Part shown: one piece after another, positions 37,463 through 48,560 of the stretch
How the letters are laid out: the number at the start of each line of letters is the position of its first letter
Position numbering within the stretch: the first letter of the stretch is position 1
Origin: a phage
Direction: 5' to 3' (one strand)
DNA: 64,000 nt
Sequence record: PZ445521.1
Program-made: the position numbers and the translations under genes
The notes under the pieces: generated by a model
The model's database searches: none
Seen by the model: only the letters and a program-made list of their open reading frames with translations
What the model was told of the DNA's origin: nothing

Positions 37463-37576
37463 ATTAATACCTACTCCAACAATCAAGATGTCTTCACACG
37501 AAATTAAGAGAAGAGTGATCAGTTCAACCCCTATAATCGCGTCAAGTAGATATTAATGTGACAGTTGTCACAAATT

Positions 37577-37651
37577 TGGCGGACGTGATAGGATTCGAAC
37601 CTATAACCAATCGCTTAACAGGCGATCGCTCTACCATTGAGCTACACATCC
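37577..37651 (-). tRNA. tRNA-Asn (anticodon GUU)
   Basis: Cloverleaf: anticodon stem atcgc/gcgat, loop cu-GUU-aa, T-arm atagg-TTCGAAT-cctat, encoded CCA. Confidence 0.65.
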
Positions 37652-37655
37652 AAAT

Positions 37656-37742
37656 TGGTGGGGAGTGGTGGAGTCGAACCACCCGAGTCGCAATGACAAT
37701 GAATTTACAGTCCACACCGCTACCTCTACGGGATAACTCCCC
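37656..37742 (-). tRNA. tRNA-Tyr (anticodon GUA), long variable arm
   Basis: 87 nt; anticodon loop cu-GUA-aa, T-arm ggtgg-TTCGACT-ccacc, acceptor ggggagt/actcccc, encoded CCA. Confidence 0.6.
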
Positions 37743-37754
37743 TAATTCATAATT

Positions 37755-37829
37755 TGGTGGCCCTGGGTGGAATTGAACCACCATCTGGCGATTATGAGTC
37801 GCTTGCTTGAACCTTCCAGCTACAGGGCC
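37755..37829 (-). tRNA. tRNA with CAU anticodon (Ile2 or Met)
   Basis: anticodon loop cu-CAU-aa, T-arm ggtgg-TTCAATT-ccacc, acceptor ggccctg/cagggcc, encoded CCA; Ile/Met identity undetermined. Confidence 0.65.
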
Positions 37830-37830
37830 T

Positions 37831-37906
37831 TGGTGCTGATTGACGGAATCGAACCGCCGACGTCCTCATTACAAGTGAGTTGCTCTACCTACTGAGCTAA
37901 ATCAGC
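37831..37906 (-). tRNA. tRNA-Thr (anticodon UGU)
   Basis: anticodon loop cu-UGU-aa, D-arm TAGCTCAGTAGGTAGAGC, T-loop TTCGATT, encoded CCA. Confidence 0.75.
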
Positions 37907-37912
37907 AAAAAC

Positions 37913-38002
37913 TGGCGGAGGCGATAGGATTTGAACCTATGAGTCGCCGGAGCGACTGCCGGTTTTCAAGACCGGTGCATTAAACCACTCTGCCACGCCT
38001 CC
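37913..38002 (-). tRNA. tRNA-Ser (anticodon UGA), long variable arm
   Basis: 90 nt; anticodon stem ccggt/accgg, loop cu-UGA-aa, long variable arm, T-arm atagg-TTCAAAT-cctat. Confidence 0.75.
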
Positions 38003-38004
38003 AG

Positions 38005-38078
38005 TCTCCATACAAGGATTTGAACCTTGGACCTCCTGATCCCAAATCAGGCGCTCTACCAAACTGAGCTACACGGAG
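38005..38078 (-). tRNA. tRNA-Pro (anticodon UGG), CCA not encoded
   Basis: anticodon stem cctga/tcagg, loop uu-UGG-ga, T-arm caagg-TTCAAAT-ccttg; 3' terminus lacks CCA. Confidence 0.75.
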
Positions 38079-38088
38079 TAAATTAAAT

Positions 38089-38162
<74 letters not shown>

Positions 38163-38167
38163 AAATT

Positions 38168-38254
38168 TGGTGCGAGAAGTGGGACTCGAACCCACAAGGA
38201 AATCATTCCGCAGCATTTTAAGTGCTGTGCCTTTACCAATTTGACCATTCTCGC
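38168..38254 (-). tRNA. tRNA-Leu (anticodon UAA), long variable arm
   Basis: 87 nt; anticodon stem cagca/tgctg, loop cu-UAA-aa, T-arm gtggg-TTCGAGT-cccac, encoded CCA. Confidence 0.75.
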
Positions 38255-38255
38255 G

Positions 38256-38328
38256 CTGGGAATAAAGGACTCGAACCTTTGCATCCTGGAATCAAAATCC
38301 AGTGCCTTACCAACTTGGCTAATTCCCA
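38256..38328 (-). tRNA. tRNA-Gln (anticodon UUG), CCA not encoded
   Basis: acceptor tgggaat/attccca, anticodon stem ctgga/tccag, loop uu-UUG-au, T-loop TTCGAGT; 3' end abuts tRNA-Leu. Confidence 0.75.
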
Positions 38329-38425
38329 ATTATTAACAAAGGCTCTTTAGCAAGAACCCTTGATGATAGAGGGTATTAATCAGTGCGGTATGAGTTAATA
38401 ATAACAAATAATTCTTAAAGCATAT

Positions 38426-38719
38426 TTACCATTTATGATAATACATATTTACGATGCATTCAAGACCCAAAGGATTCTTGAAAATATCATATTCAAGAGG
38501 ACCTTTTTCTGTTTCAATAAAGAAATCAAAATTTACTGTATTAAATTTACGGTCTTCCTTCACTAATTTAACTTGAGAAGATGAACGGTCAACATAAACC
38601 TTTTCAACTTCAAAACATGTTAAAATGCCATAATCATCAATCAAGGCTTTAGCTGCTTCTTGATCATATTTATATCCATTTTCAATGGATGATACTTTAG
38701 CATAAAGAATCATTATCAA
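38426..38719 (-). CDS. hypothetical protein
   Basis: 97-aa ORF. Confidence 0.5.
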   Translation of the reverse strand: MIMILYAKVSSIENGYKYDQEAAKALIDDYGILTCFEVEKVYVDRSSSQVKLVKEDRKFNTVNFDFFIETEKGPLEYDIFKNPLGLECIVNMYYHKW

Positions 38720-39099
38720 CCTTCATCAACAATAGTATGAGTATGGGCATTTACAATTTGCCACCAATCAAAGCGATTAGAACCATACATCGGTTTGTTT
38801 TCATTTTCTTTGATAATATCACGAAGTTCATCTTCAGTAGCGGCTTTCGCGATTAAATCAGCATATCCACCACGAGGATAATAATTATCACCTGCAAAAA
38901 GTAAAAAGTTTGGTTTAATGTTATTGAACTCTTCAAGAGTAATAACTGTTCCTGATGGTAGTTGAACAATCTCTACATATTTATATCCTAATTTTTGAGC
39001 AGCATCTACTGCTTCAAGCAAAGTATCATGAGCCCATCCAATTTGACAACCTGGCTTTTCAGATGGATTAGCCTGATAATCCGCGTACACTTTATACAT
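38716..39099 (-). CDS. hypothetical protein
   Basis: ORF 38716..39138; start moved to MYKVYADYQ (127 aa). Confidence 0.5.
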   Translation of the reverse strand: MYKVYADYQANPSEKPGCQIGWAHDTLLEAVDAAQKLGYKYVEIVQLPSGTVITLEEFNNIKPNFLLFAGDNYYPRGGYADLIAKAATEDELRDIIKENENKPMYGSNRFDWWQIVNAHTHTIVDEG

Positions 39100-39100
39100 T

Positions 39101-39286
39101 CTATTCACCTTTAGAAATTTTATCCATAACGACAGCAATTAAACCAATTAAAAATGCTACTACAAGTGAAAACACATTTTCTGCTGTAGTTAATAATCCA
39201 CATATAAATCCAACAAACATTGAAAAACTAAAAGCAGAAGCAGAAATTGCAATAGCAACATTTCGAATTAATTCACAGCGTTTCAT
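39101..39286 (-). CDS. hypothetical small membrane protein
   Basis: 61 aa, two hydrophobic segments; downstream of promoter-like element. Confidence 0.5.
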   Translation of the reverse strand: MKRCELIRNVAIAISASAFSFSMFVGFICGLLTTAENVFSLVVAFLIGLIAVVMDKISKGE

Positions 39287-39302
39287 TTTATTCTCCTCAG
39301 TA

Positions 39303-39350
39303 GTTGATAGGGTAATAGTATCACTACCCTATCTAAAAGTAAACTCATTT
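39303..39350 (-). promoter_or_regulatory. T4-type early promoter-like element
   Basis: GTTGATAGGGTAATAGTATCACTACC block and GTTTAC hexamer (39339..39344). Confidence 0.45.
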
Positions 39351-39578
39351 TTTACGAAAAATTGATTTATTTTCTGCTGCCCATTTTTCAATAACTGCAA
39401 CCGGACCAGTAACAACAATTTTATCACCGTAATCTTCTGCGGCGAGTTGACCGAAATTATCTAATGCATCACGAAGAACTCCATGAGGCATTTCACCCAT
39501 TTTATCTTTCTTGCCAGTGTAAATAAACTCAACTTTTACATCAGAAGATTCAGCGATAAATTCTTGATACGTTTTCAT
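39345..39578 (-). CDS. small internal (head-packaged) protein candidate with capsid targeting sequence
   Basis: ORF 39345..39596; start at MKTYQEFIAE gives 77 aa. Confidence 0.55.
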   Translation of the reverse strand: MKTYQEFIAESSDVKVEFIYTGKKDKMGEMPHGVLRDALDNFGQLAAEDYGDKIVVTGPVAVIEKWAAENKSIFRKK

Positions 39579-39603
39579 TTTATTCTCCAATTTCACATTT
39601 GTT

Positions 39604-39660
39604 TTGATAGGGTAATAGTATCACTACTAAAACCCCGTGTAAACAACTTTGTGAAATTGT
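39604..39660 (-). promoter_or_regulatory. T4-type early promoter-like element
   Basis: GATAGGGTAATAGTATCACTAC block, GTTTAC hexamer (39639..39644), CACAAAGTTG upstream block. Confidence 0.45.
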
Positions 39661-39663
39661 TTA

Positions 39664-39951
39664 TTACAAAAGATTTTTAGCAATAATCTTGAGATGTGCT
39701 GCAGAAATGTGTTTAGCTTTAAACAACGCAGTTTCTTCGGCAGGAGAGATAACGATTGTAGCACCATCCTTTTTAGCAGACCACCCATCACCTAGGTAAA
39801 CAGTACCTTTGATTTCTTCGCCATCAACCAGACTAATCATTGGTTTACCTTCTCGTCCTTTATTTGCTTTAATAACTTCAGAAGTAAGAGTAGCTTCGGT
39901 AATGGTAGAAACCGGGGTAGTTGTAGAAGTAAATTCTTTAAATGTTTTCAT
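39664..39951 (-). CDS. ipI: Internal protein I-position protein (capsid targeting sequence)
   Basis: 95 aa (T4 IPI length); N-terminus MKTFKEFTS; adjacent to 57B as ipI is in T4; identity by position and size. Confidence 0.5.
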   Translation of the reverse strand: MKTFKEFTSTTTPVSTITEATLTSEVIKANKGREGKPMISLVDGEEIKGTVYLGDGWSAKKDGATIVISPAEETALFKAKHISAAHLKIIAKNLL

Positions 39952-39972
39952 TTTATTTTCCTAATTAATTTT

Positions 39973-40020
39973 GATGAGATAATAGTATCACTACCTCATC
40001 AGCATGTAAACAACTTTGTG
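39973..40020 (-). promoter_or_regulatory. T4-type early promoter-like element
   Basis: GATGAGATAATAGTATCACTACC block and GTTTAC hexamer (40006..40011). Confidence 0.45.
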
Positions 40021-40023
40021 AAA

Positions 40024-40720
<697 letters not shown>

Positions 40721-40721
<1 letters not shown>

Positions 40722-41434
40722 TATAGTACCTTTAGTGTATTTTTAATTTTAGAAAAAAGTTCTTCAAGAGAACCATCGTTTGTAATTACTAAATCGCCAT
40801 CACGAATTGGCAATCCAGCTTCTGTAATATGAGTATCATTGGATTTTTGACCAGGACGAACTACATGAATTACTGTAGCACCCATCGCCCTAGCCGCATC
40901 CATTTCATGATCTTGACGAGTATCAGGAACGATATAATAATCATAACCTGAGTTAAATTTATCAAGATAATCTAAAGCAAATAATTTTACCCAATACATG
41001 CGGTCGAAGTTATTAACAATCAAATCCGTACCTAGGGCTTGCATCAGACGACGGACTGACCATTGATCTTCAATATTATTTATAACGTCAGCAATCTTGT
41101 TAAATGCTACGAAATTAACTGCGTCATCAAAAACAAACACACCTTTAATTGGGCTTTTACTATTAAGATAGCAAAATGCTTGTTCCATAATCGTGATTAC
41201 TTCTGATTTAGTCAGATTTAAATTAGTCTCACGATCATAGTCAATTCCTTCAAACTCTTTACGAGTTAAGCAAGGATAGTCAGTGTTTGCTGCAAATACA
41301 CCCCATGCATAAGCCAATGCATCCTTAATAGGACCAGCAAGTTGATATTTAACTGCAGAATAATTATTCATAATAAAATCTGCAGTAGTATCTTTTCCAC
41401 TACGCTTTACACCACTTAAAAAGATTAGTTTCAT
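40721..41434 (-). CDS. 1: Deoxynucleoside monophosphate kinase gp1
   Basis: 237 aa; P-loop GVKRSGKDT; position adjacent to gene 3. Confidence 0.85.
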
Positions 41435-41483
41435 ATGTTTCTCCTCAAATTTAGTTAAGATTATAACACATGAAACTGAAGCA

Positions 41484-42014
41484 TTAAACTTCTGCTATAA
41501 TTTTTCCATCTTTTTCTACTTGAAAATATGTGTAAGGAATCGTTGCAGTACATACTAAAGCCGGGTCTGAATCTTCTGTGTAGCTAAATTCTACTTCAGA
41601 CAGGTCAGAAACCCAGGGCTTATAAAAATTTATTGACATCACGATTTCAGTTTTACTATTATCTAAAATGTAAAGCGTAATGTATTCAGGACCTGTTTTT
41701 TGGGCAGTATTTTCGCCTGTAAGATAGTTACTAGTTCCTAGCATCCATTCATACATTCCTATCCATGACTTAAGCTCTTCATCAACTATAAATCTCACGA
41801 TGAGTGGGTCGTACTCAAATGTAACACCTGGACGTTGTGCTCGGCCTAGTCCAAACGGCCCAGTCACGGTATCAGTAACAGGTATCCTAATTCCCGGAAT
41901 AGGAACTGACTGAGCATTTAAAGTAAAAGCAGATGTAGTATTACTATGCGGTATTGATACTACAAAGTTAGTTGTATTTGCTTGGTTAAAAATTTGTTGT
42001 AGTGCTTGCGACAT
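41484..42014 (-). CDS. 3: Tail completion / sheath stabiliser protein gp3
   Basis: ORF 41484..42095; start at internal Met (MSQALQQIF) gives 176 aa as in T4 gp3. Confidence 0.7.
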   Translation of the reverse strand: MSQALQQIFNQANTTNFVVSIPHSNTTSAFTLNAQSVPIPGIRIPVTDTVTGPFGLGRAQRPGVTFEYDPLIVRFIVDEELKSWIGMYEWMLGTSNYLTGENTAQKTGPEYITLYILDNSKTEIVMSINFYKPWVSDLSEVEFSYTEDSDPALVCTATIPYTYFQVEKDGKIIAEV

Positions 42015-42120
42015 ATATTCCTCATAATGCTTCATAAATGTTGGTGGTATAATGGGTCTAAGTCCCTTCCATTCAATTCCAATTAGAACAAACAATAGAA
42101 AAGAATGGAAGATAATAGAA

Positions 42121-42945
42121 TTAGATATTTGACCAGACTTTGTTTGCAGAGAAACGTTTTCCTTTTGAAACGAACTGCTGAAGTGGCATTAACACAACGT
42201 TCGCCCAGTCTTTCGGGGCGATTTCAACGAGGCTACCCATAATATTACCAGGTATATATGCCTTAATCATTTGGTCTGCACCCCTAAATCCTTTCACTTG
42301 ACTCCAATCAATTTTTAATTTCGTTTTATTAGTAATAGTAGGTGTATTTGAATATTGCTTTAAAAGCTCTTCTAGGAATTGCTGACGAGCTTTAGGTGGA
42401 ATATAGTGCAAGTTTAATCCGTACATTAAATTATGCTTACCTAAACCAAGGTAAATTATCAAAGGAAATTTATCCCAGTAAGGAAGAGTTTCCTTGTGTT
42501 TAGCATCATAAGCAAAAGCATATATTCTTCCCGGCTGCGGGCGAACAACTTTATGTCCTTTTACTTGCTTAATAGTTTCAGCAAACCACTTTCTGGTTTT
42601 ATTATTAATTGCTGCACCTTCATTACGAATTTTATCACGCAATGTTTGTCTGAATGAATTTATCATAAGCAGTTGTCTTTCTTGCTTATTGAGTTTATTC
42701 ATTGGTTTTGATTCAAGCTTTTGAATCTTTTCAGCCGTTTTAATTCCTGAAGCATATTTTGACATTGCTGAAGTAAACGTAGAGTATTTGATTCCTCTTT
42801 CTTCAGCAAATTGCTTTCCTGTCATTCCTTTTGCTTTGGCCTTTTTATATTCAAGACCTATCTGAATCCATTTCTTTTCGTTTAATGATTGCTTAACCTT
42901 TGGAACTTGGGGAGTGCTTTCATTAATTATTTGAAAAATAGCCAT
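42121..42945 (-). CDS. 2: DNA end-protector protein gp2
   Basis: 274 aa, T4 gp2 size; between genes 3 and 4. Confidence 0.75.
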   Translation of the reverse strand: MAIFQIINESTPQVPKVKQSLNEKKWIQIGLEYKKAKAKGMTGKQFAEERGIKYSTFTSAMSKYASGIKTAEKIQKLESKPMNKLNKQERQLLMINSFRQTLRDKIRNEGAAINNKTRKWFAETIKQVKGHKVVRPQPGRIYAFAYDAKHKETLPYWDKFPLIIYLGLGKHNLMYGLNLHYIPPKARQQFLEELLKQYSNTPTITNKTKLKIDWSQVKGFRGADQMIKAYIPGNIMGSLVEIAPKDWANVVLMPLQQFVSKGKRFSANKVWSNI

Positions 42946-43397
42946 TATGCCCCCTTAAAGCCAAGAGCTCGTAATCCATCTTCTGTTAGAATTCTAAATT
43001 TTATTCCACGCTTTTCAGCTAAAGCTTGCGCTGCTTTCCATTTGTCGGTATTAACGGAATATGTATAAATTTCATTCATAAATCTTTTCTTCGCTGCAGT
43101 TGTTAGATGTGCTGGTTTAACTGGTGGTTGTGTTTCTTTTTTAGGTTTTATTTCAATAAAAAATTCTTGTCCAGAAGAATCTTTCATCCAAATATCCATG
43201 AAGTATCTACGTTTTTTCCCTTCGGCATTACAAAAATAAGGAATTACTGCTGTTTCACTACCCCATGCAATAATTTCTGGATTTTTATCTAACCATTCAA
43301 AAAAGAATTTTTCCCAATTTGATCTATACGTAATTTTTTTAGGGTCACCTCTATACTTTGATATATTTTTAGGAACCCATTTTCCAGAATATGCCAT
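42945..43397 (-). CDS. 4: Head completion protein gp4
   Basis: 150 aa; TAATG overlap with gene 2; last minus-strand gene before strand switch. Confidence 0.75.
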   Translation of the reverse strand: MAYSGKWVPKNISKYRGDPKKITYRSNWEKFFFEWLDKNPEIIAWGSETAVIPYFCNAEGKKRRYFMDIWMKDSSGQEFFIEIKPKKETQPPVKPAHLTTAAKKRFMNEIYTYSVNTDKWKAAQALAEKRGIKFRILTEDGLRALGFKGA

Positions 43398-43408
43398 TGG
43401 ATTCTCCT

Positions 43409-43416
43409 TATAAATA
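43409..43416 (+). promoter_or_regulatory. late promoter motif TATAAATA (for gene 53)
   Basis: exact TATAAATA about 29 nt upstream of gene 53 ATG; AGGAGG Shine-Dalgarno follows. Confidence 0.6.
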
Positions 43417-43423
43417 GATAATA

Positions 43424-43431
43424 TATTTATA
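43424..43431 (-). promoter_or_regulatory. late promoter motif TATAAATA (minus strand, for gene 4)
   Basis: forward tatttata 27 nt upstream of gene 4 start. Confidence 0.5.
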
Positions 43432-43444
43432 AACAGGAGGGCCC

Positions 43445-44035
43445 ATGCTCTTTACATTTTTTGATCCGATTGAATATGCGGCCAAAACGGTGAATAAAAA
43501 CGCGCCGACTATTCCTATGACAGATATTTTTAGAAACTATAAAGACTATTTTAAACGCGCTCTTGCGGGATACCGCTTACGTACTTATTATATCAAAGGT
43601 TCACCCCGCCCGGAAGAATTAGCAAATACTATATATGGAAATCCACAGTTGTATTGGGTTTTATTGATGTGTAATGATAATTATGATCCATATTATGGAT
43701 GGATTACTTCACAAGAAGCTGCTTATCAAGCATCTATACAAAAATACAAAAATGTAGGTGGAGACCAAATAGTATATCATGTGAATGAGAATGGTGAAAA
43801 ATTTTATAATTTAATATCATACGATGATAATCCATATGTTTGGTATGATAAAGGCGATAAAGCTAGAAAATATCCTCAATATGAAGGAGCACTTGCTGCG
43901 GTCGATACGTATGAAGCGGCTGTTCTTGAAAATGAAAAACTTCGTCAAATAAAAATAATAGCAAAATCAGACATTAATTCATTTATGAACGACCTTATAC
44001 GTATAATGGAGAAATCTTATGGAAATGATAAGTAA
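43445..44035 (+). CDS. 53: Baseplate wedge protein gp53
   Basis: 196 aa; first gene of plus-strand late block; T4 gp53 size and position. Confidence 0.8.
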   Translation: MLFTFFDPIEYAAKTVNKNAPTIPMTDIFRNYKDYFKRALAGYRLRTYYIKGSPRPEELANTIYGNPQLYWVLLMCNDNYDPYYGWITSQEAAYQASIQKYKNVGGDQIVYHVNENGEKFYNLISYDDNPYVWYDKGDKARKYPQYEGALAAVDTYEAAVLENEKLRQIKIIAKSDINSFMNDLIRIMEKSYGNDK

Positions 44036-45746
44036 TAACCTTAATTGGTTTGTTGGTGTTGTTGAAGATAGAATGGACCCATTAAAATTAGGTCGTGTTC
44101 GTGTTCGTGTGGTTGGTCTGCATCCACCACAAAGAGCGCAAGGTGATGTAATGGGTATTCCAACTGAAAAATTACCATGGATGTCAGTTATTCAACCTAT
44201 AACTTCTGCAGCAATGTCTGGAATTGGAGGTTCTGTTACTGGACCGGTAGAAGGAACTAGAGTTTATGGTCATTTTTTAGACAAATGGAAAACTAACGGA
44301 ATTGTCCTTGGCACGTATGGTGGAATAGTTCGCGAAAAACCGAATAGACTTGAAGGATTTTCTGACCCAACTGGGCAATATCCTAGACGTTTAGGAAATG
44401 ATACTAACGTACTAAACCAAGGCGGTGATGTAGGATATGATTCCTCTTCTAATGTTATTCAAGATAGTAACTTAGACACTGCAATAAATCCTGATGATAG
44501 ACCACTATCAGAGATTCCAACTGATGATAATCCAAACATGTCAATGGCTGAAATGCTTCGCCGTGATGAAGGATTAAGACTAAAAGTTTATTGGGATACT
44601 GAAGGATATCCGACAATTGGTATTGGTCATCTTATCATGAAGCAGCCAGTTCGTGATATGGCTCAAATTAATAAAGTTTTATCGAAACAAGTTGGTCGTG
44701 AAATTACTGGAAACCCAGGTTCTATTACAATGGAAGAGGCGACGACTCTATTTGAACGTGATTTGGCTGATATGCAACGCGACATTAAATCACATTCTAA
44801 AGTAGGACCAGTCTGGCAAGCTGTTAACCGTTCTCGTCAAATGGCATTAGAAAATATGGCATTTCAGATGGGTGTTGGTGGTGTAGCTAAATTTAACACA
44901 ATGTTAACTGCTATGTTAGCAGGAGACTGGGAAAAAGCATATAAAGCCGGTCGTGATTCATTGTGGTATCAACAAACAAAGGGTCGTGCATCCCGTGTTA
45001 CCATGATTATTCTTACGGGAAATTTGGAATCATATGGTGTTGAAGTGAAAACACCAGCTAGGTCTTTATCTGCAATGGCTGCTACTGTAGCTAAATCTTC
45101 TGATCCAGCTGATCCTCCTATTCCAAATGACTCAAGAATTTTGTTCAAAGAACCAGTTTCTTCATATAAAGGCGAATATCCTTATGTTCACACAATGGAA
45201 ACTGAAAGCGGTCATATTCAGGAATTTGATGATACCCCTGGGCAAGAACGATATAGATTAGTTCATCCAACTGGAACTTATGAAGAAGTATCACCGTCAG
45301 GAAGAAGAACAAGAAAAACTGTTGATAATTTGTATGATATAACAAATGCTGATGGTAATTTTTTGGTAGCCGGTGATAAAAAGACTAACGTCGGTGGATC
45401 AGAAATTTATTACAACATGGATAATCGTTTACATCAAATCGATGGAAGCAATACAATATTTGTACGTGGCGATGAAACTAAGACGGTTGAAGGTAATGGA
45501 ACTATCCTAGTTAAAGGTAATGTTACTATTGTAGTTGAAGGTAATGCTGACATTACAGTTAAAGGAGATGCTACCACTTTAGTTGAAGGTAATCAAACTA
45601 ATACAGTAAATGGAAATCTTTCTTGGAAAGTTGCTGGGACAGTTGATTGGGACGTTGGTGGTGATTGGACAGAAAAAATGGCATCTATGAGTTCTATTTC
45701 ATCTGGTCAATACACAATTGATGGATCGAGGATTGACATTGGCTAA
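44019..45746 (+). CDS. 5: Baseplate central spike / tail lysozyme gp5
   Basis: 575 aa; internal lysozyme domain (MAEMLRRDEGLRLKVYWDTEGYPTIGIGHL, paralogous to gene e) and C-terminal VxGxxxxx beta-helix repeats. Confidence 0.95.
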   Translation: MEMISNNLNWFVGVVEDRMDPLKLGRVRVRVVGLHPPQRAQGDVMGIPTEKLPWMSVIQPITSAAMSGIGGSVTGPVEGTRVYGHFLDKWKTNGIVLGTYGGIVREKPNRLEGFSDPTGQYPRRLGNDTNVLNQGGDVGYDSSSNVIQDSNLDTAINPDDRPLSEIPTDDNPNMSMAEMLRRDEGLRLKVYWDTEGYPTIGIGHLIMKQPVRDMAQINKVLSKQVGREITGNPGSITMEEATTLFERDLADMQRDIKSHSKVGPVWQAVNRSRQMALENMAFQMGVGGVAKFNTMLTAMLAGDWEKAYKAGRDSLWYQQTKGRASRVTMIILTGNLESYGVEVKTPARSLSAMAATVAKSSDPADPPIPNDSRILFKEPVSSYKGEYPYVHTMETESGHIQEFDDTPGQERYRLVHPTGTYEEVSPSGRRTRKTVDNLYDITNADGNFLVAGDKKTNVGGSEIYYNMDNRLHQIDGSNTIFVRGDETKTVEGNGTILVKGNVTIVVEGNADITVKGDATTLVEGNQTNTVNGNLSWKVAGTVDWDVGGDWTEKMASMSSISSGQYTIDGSRIDIG

Positions 45747-45756
45747 TATACTTCCA

Positions 45757-46275
45757 ATGAGCGCTGATTTAGGAGAATCCATGGAAGGTTCTTCTATCGA
45801 CGTCACCTTTACCGCTCAATTAGAAACAGGTGAAACGTTAGTATCTATAAATATAACTAGTTACGAAGAAACTCCTGGGGTTTTAGTAGAAGAAAATCGC
45901 TTATATGGAACATATGAATCTGTGTTTGGATTTGGAGATGACGCGTTGAAATATCGTTTAGGCGATGAATTTAAAACTGCTGCTTCATGGGAAGAACTTC
46001 CTACTGATTCTGATACTCAGTTGTATTTGTGGAAAGCTCCTCAAAATCTCCAGAAGACATTCACTTACGAAGTAACATTAATATATGACTACCAAGAACA
46101 AAGTGAATCTGGAGGTTCTGGCAGTAATTCTAGGTCATCTTCTGATACTACTGAACCGACGGATCCTCCTGCTCCAGTAAGAAAAACTCTCGTTAAAAAT
46201 TATACTAAAACTATAGTTGGAAATTGGAGTCGTTGGGCTAATAAATTGAGAAGCTATGTGTATGAGAGGCCATAA
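45757..46275 (+). CDS. hypothetical protein gp5.1-position
   Basis: ORF 45718..46275; start moved to MSADLG just after gp5 stop; Ser/Gly-rich low-complexity segment. Confidence 0.55.
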
Positions 46276-46569
46276 ATGTCAGGATTAAGTTATGATAAGT
46301 GTGTTACTGCTGGCCATGAAGCGTGGCCTCCAACAGTTGTGAATGCTACACAAAGTAAAGTATTCACTGGAGGAATTGCTGTTCTAGTAGCAGGCGATCC
46401 AATTACAGAACATACAGAAATTAAAAAGCCATATGAAACACATGGCGGAGTGACACAACCCAGAACTTCTAAGGTATATGTCACTGGAAAGAAAGCTGTT
46501 CAAATGGCTGATCCAATATCATGCGGTGATACTGTGGCTCAGGCATCATCTAAAGTATTCATTAAATAG
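46276..46569 (+). CDS. 5.4: PAAR-repeat spike tip protein gp5.4
   Basis: 97 aa; PAAR-like Pro/Ala/Gly-rich repeats; directly upstream of gene 6. Confidence 0.75.
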
Positions 46570-46577
46570 GATTTAAA

Positions 46578-48560
46578 ATGGCAAATACCCCTGTAAATTA
46601 TCAATTAACAAGAACAGCAAATGCTATTCCCGAGATATTCGTCGGGGGTACGTTTGCTGAAATAAAACAAAACCTCATTGAATGGCTTAATGGCCAAAAT
46701 GAATTTTTGGATTATGATTTTGAAGGCTCAAGATTAAACGTTCTGTGTGACCTTTTGGCTTATAATACATTGTACATTCAGCAGTTTGGTAATGCTGCTG
46801 TATATGAAAGCTTCATGCGTACTGCTAACTTACGAAGTTCAGTTGTTCAAGCTGCACAAGATAACGGATATTTACCTACTTCAAAATCCGCTGCGCAGAC
46901 CGAAATTATGTTAACATGCACCGACGCATTGAATAGGAATTACATTACAATTCCTCGCGGAACTCGCTTTTTAGCATATGCAAAAGATACTTCTGTTAAT
47001 CCATACAACTTCGTTTCTACCGAAGACGTTATTGCTATTCGTGATAAAAATAACCAATATTTTCCGCGTTTAAAATTGGCCCAGGGACGTATAGTAAGAA
47101 CTGAAATCATTTATGATAAATTAACACCTATTATCATTTATGATAAAAATATTGATAGAAACCAGGTTAAATTATATGTTGATGGAGCGGAATGGATTAA
47201 CTGGACGAGAAAGTCAATGGTTCATGCTGGTTCAACATCAACGATTTACTATATGCGTGAAACTATTGATGGAAACACTGAATTCTATTTTGGCGAAGGT
47301 GAAATTTCTGTTAATGCTTCTGAAGGAGCTTTGACCGCTAATTATATCGGAGGTCTTAAACCTACCCAGAACTCTACGATTGTTATTGAGTACATCAGTA
47401 CTAACGGTGCAGATGCGAATGGCGCAGTCGGATTTTCATATGCAGATACATTAACAAATATAACTGTCATCAATATTAATGAAAATCCAAACGACGACCC
47501 AGATTTTGTCGGAGCAGATGGCGGCGGTGATCCAGAAGATATTGAACGTATTCGTGAATTGGGTACTATTAAGCGTGAAACTCAGCAGCGATGTGTAACT
47601 GCGACAGATTATGATACATTTGTCTCAGAAAGATTTGGTTCTATTATTCAAGCCGTTCAGACTTTCACTGATTCTACTAAACCTGGTTATGCATTTATTG
47701 CTGCTAAACCTAAATCAGGATTGTATTTAACTACTGTGCAGCGTGAAGATATTAAAAATTATCTCAAAGACTATAATTTAGCTCCTATTACGCCATCAAT
47801 TATTTCTCCTAATTATCTTTTTATTAAGACTAATTTAAAAGTCACATATGCTTTAAATAAGCTGCAAGAATCCGAACAGTGGCTCGAAGGTCAAATAATT
47901 GATAAAATTGATCGTTATTATACCGAAGATGTAGAAATTTTTAACTCGTCTTTTGCCAAGTCTAAGATGTTGACATATGTAGATGATGCAGATCATTCTA
48001 TCATTGGTTCATCAGCGACAATTCAAATTGTTCGTGAAGTACAAAACTTCTATAAAACGCCTGAAGCAGGTATTAAATACAATAATCAAATAAAAGATCG
48101 TTCTATGGAATCTAATACGTTTTCATTTAATTCTGGACGAAAGGTTGTAAATCCTGATACTGGTTTAGAAGAAGATGTATTATATGACGTTCGTATAGTA
48201 TCAACAGACCGAGATTCTAAAGGAATTGGTAAAGTTATTATTGGTCCATTTGCTTCTGGCGATGTTACAGAAAATGAAAACATTCAGCCGTATACAGGAA
48301 ACGATTTTAACAAATTAGCAAATTCTGATGGACGCGACAAATACTATGTTATCGGTGAAATAAATTATCCAGCTGACATGATTTATTGGAATATCGCTAA
48401 AATTAATTTAACATCTGAAAAATTTGAAGTTCAGACTATTGAATTATATTCTGACCCAACCGATGATGTTATCTTTACTCGCGATGGTTCACTGATTGTA
48501 TTTGAAAATGACTTACGTCCACAATACTTAACTATCGATTTGGAGCCTATATCACAATGA
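46578..48560 (+). CDS. 6: Baseplate wedge protein gp6
   Basis: 660 aa; T4 gp6 size and order. Confidence 0.85.
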   Translation: MANTPVNYQLTRTANAIPEIFVGGTFAEIKQNLIEWLNGQNEFLDYDFEGSRLNVLCDLLAYNTLYIQQFGNAAVYESFMRTANLRSSVVQAAQDNGYLPTSKSAAQTEIMLTCTDALNRNYITIPRGTRFLAYAKDTSVNPYNFVSTEDVIAIRDKNNQYFPRLKLAQGRIVRTEIIYDKLTPIIIYDKNIDRNQVKLYVDGAEWINWTRKSMVHAGSTSTIYYMRETIDGNTEFYFGEGEISVNASEGALTANYIGGLKPTQNSTIVIEYISTNGADANGAVGFSYADTLTNITVININENPNDDPDFVGADGGGDPEDIERIRELGTIKRETQQRCVTATDYDTFVSERFGSIIQAVQTFTDSTKPGYAFIAAKPKSGLYLTTVQREDIKNYLKDYNLAPITPSIISPNYLFIKTNLKVTYALNKLQESEQWLEGQIIDKIDRYYTEDVEIFNSSFAKSKMLTYVDDADHSIIGSSATIQIVREVQNFYKTPEAGIKYNNQIKDRSMESNTFSFNSGRKVVNPDTGLEEDVLYDVRIVSTDRDSKGIGKVIIGPFASGDVTENENIQPYTGNDFNKLANSDGRDKYYVIGEINYPADMIYWNIAKINLTSEKFEVQTIELYSDPTDDVIFTRDGSLIVFENDLRPQYLTIDLEPISQ

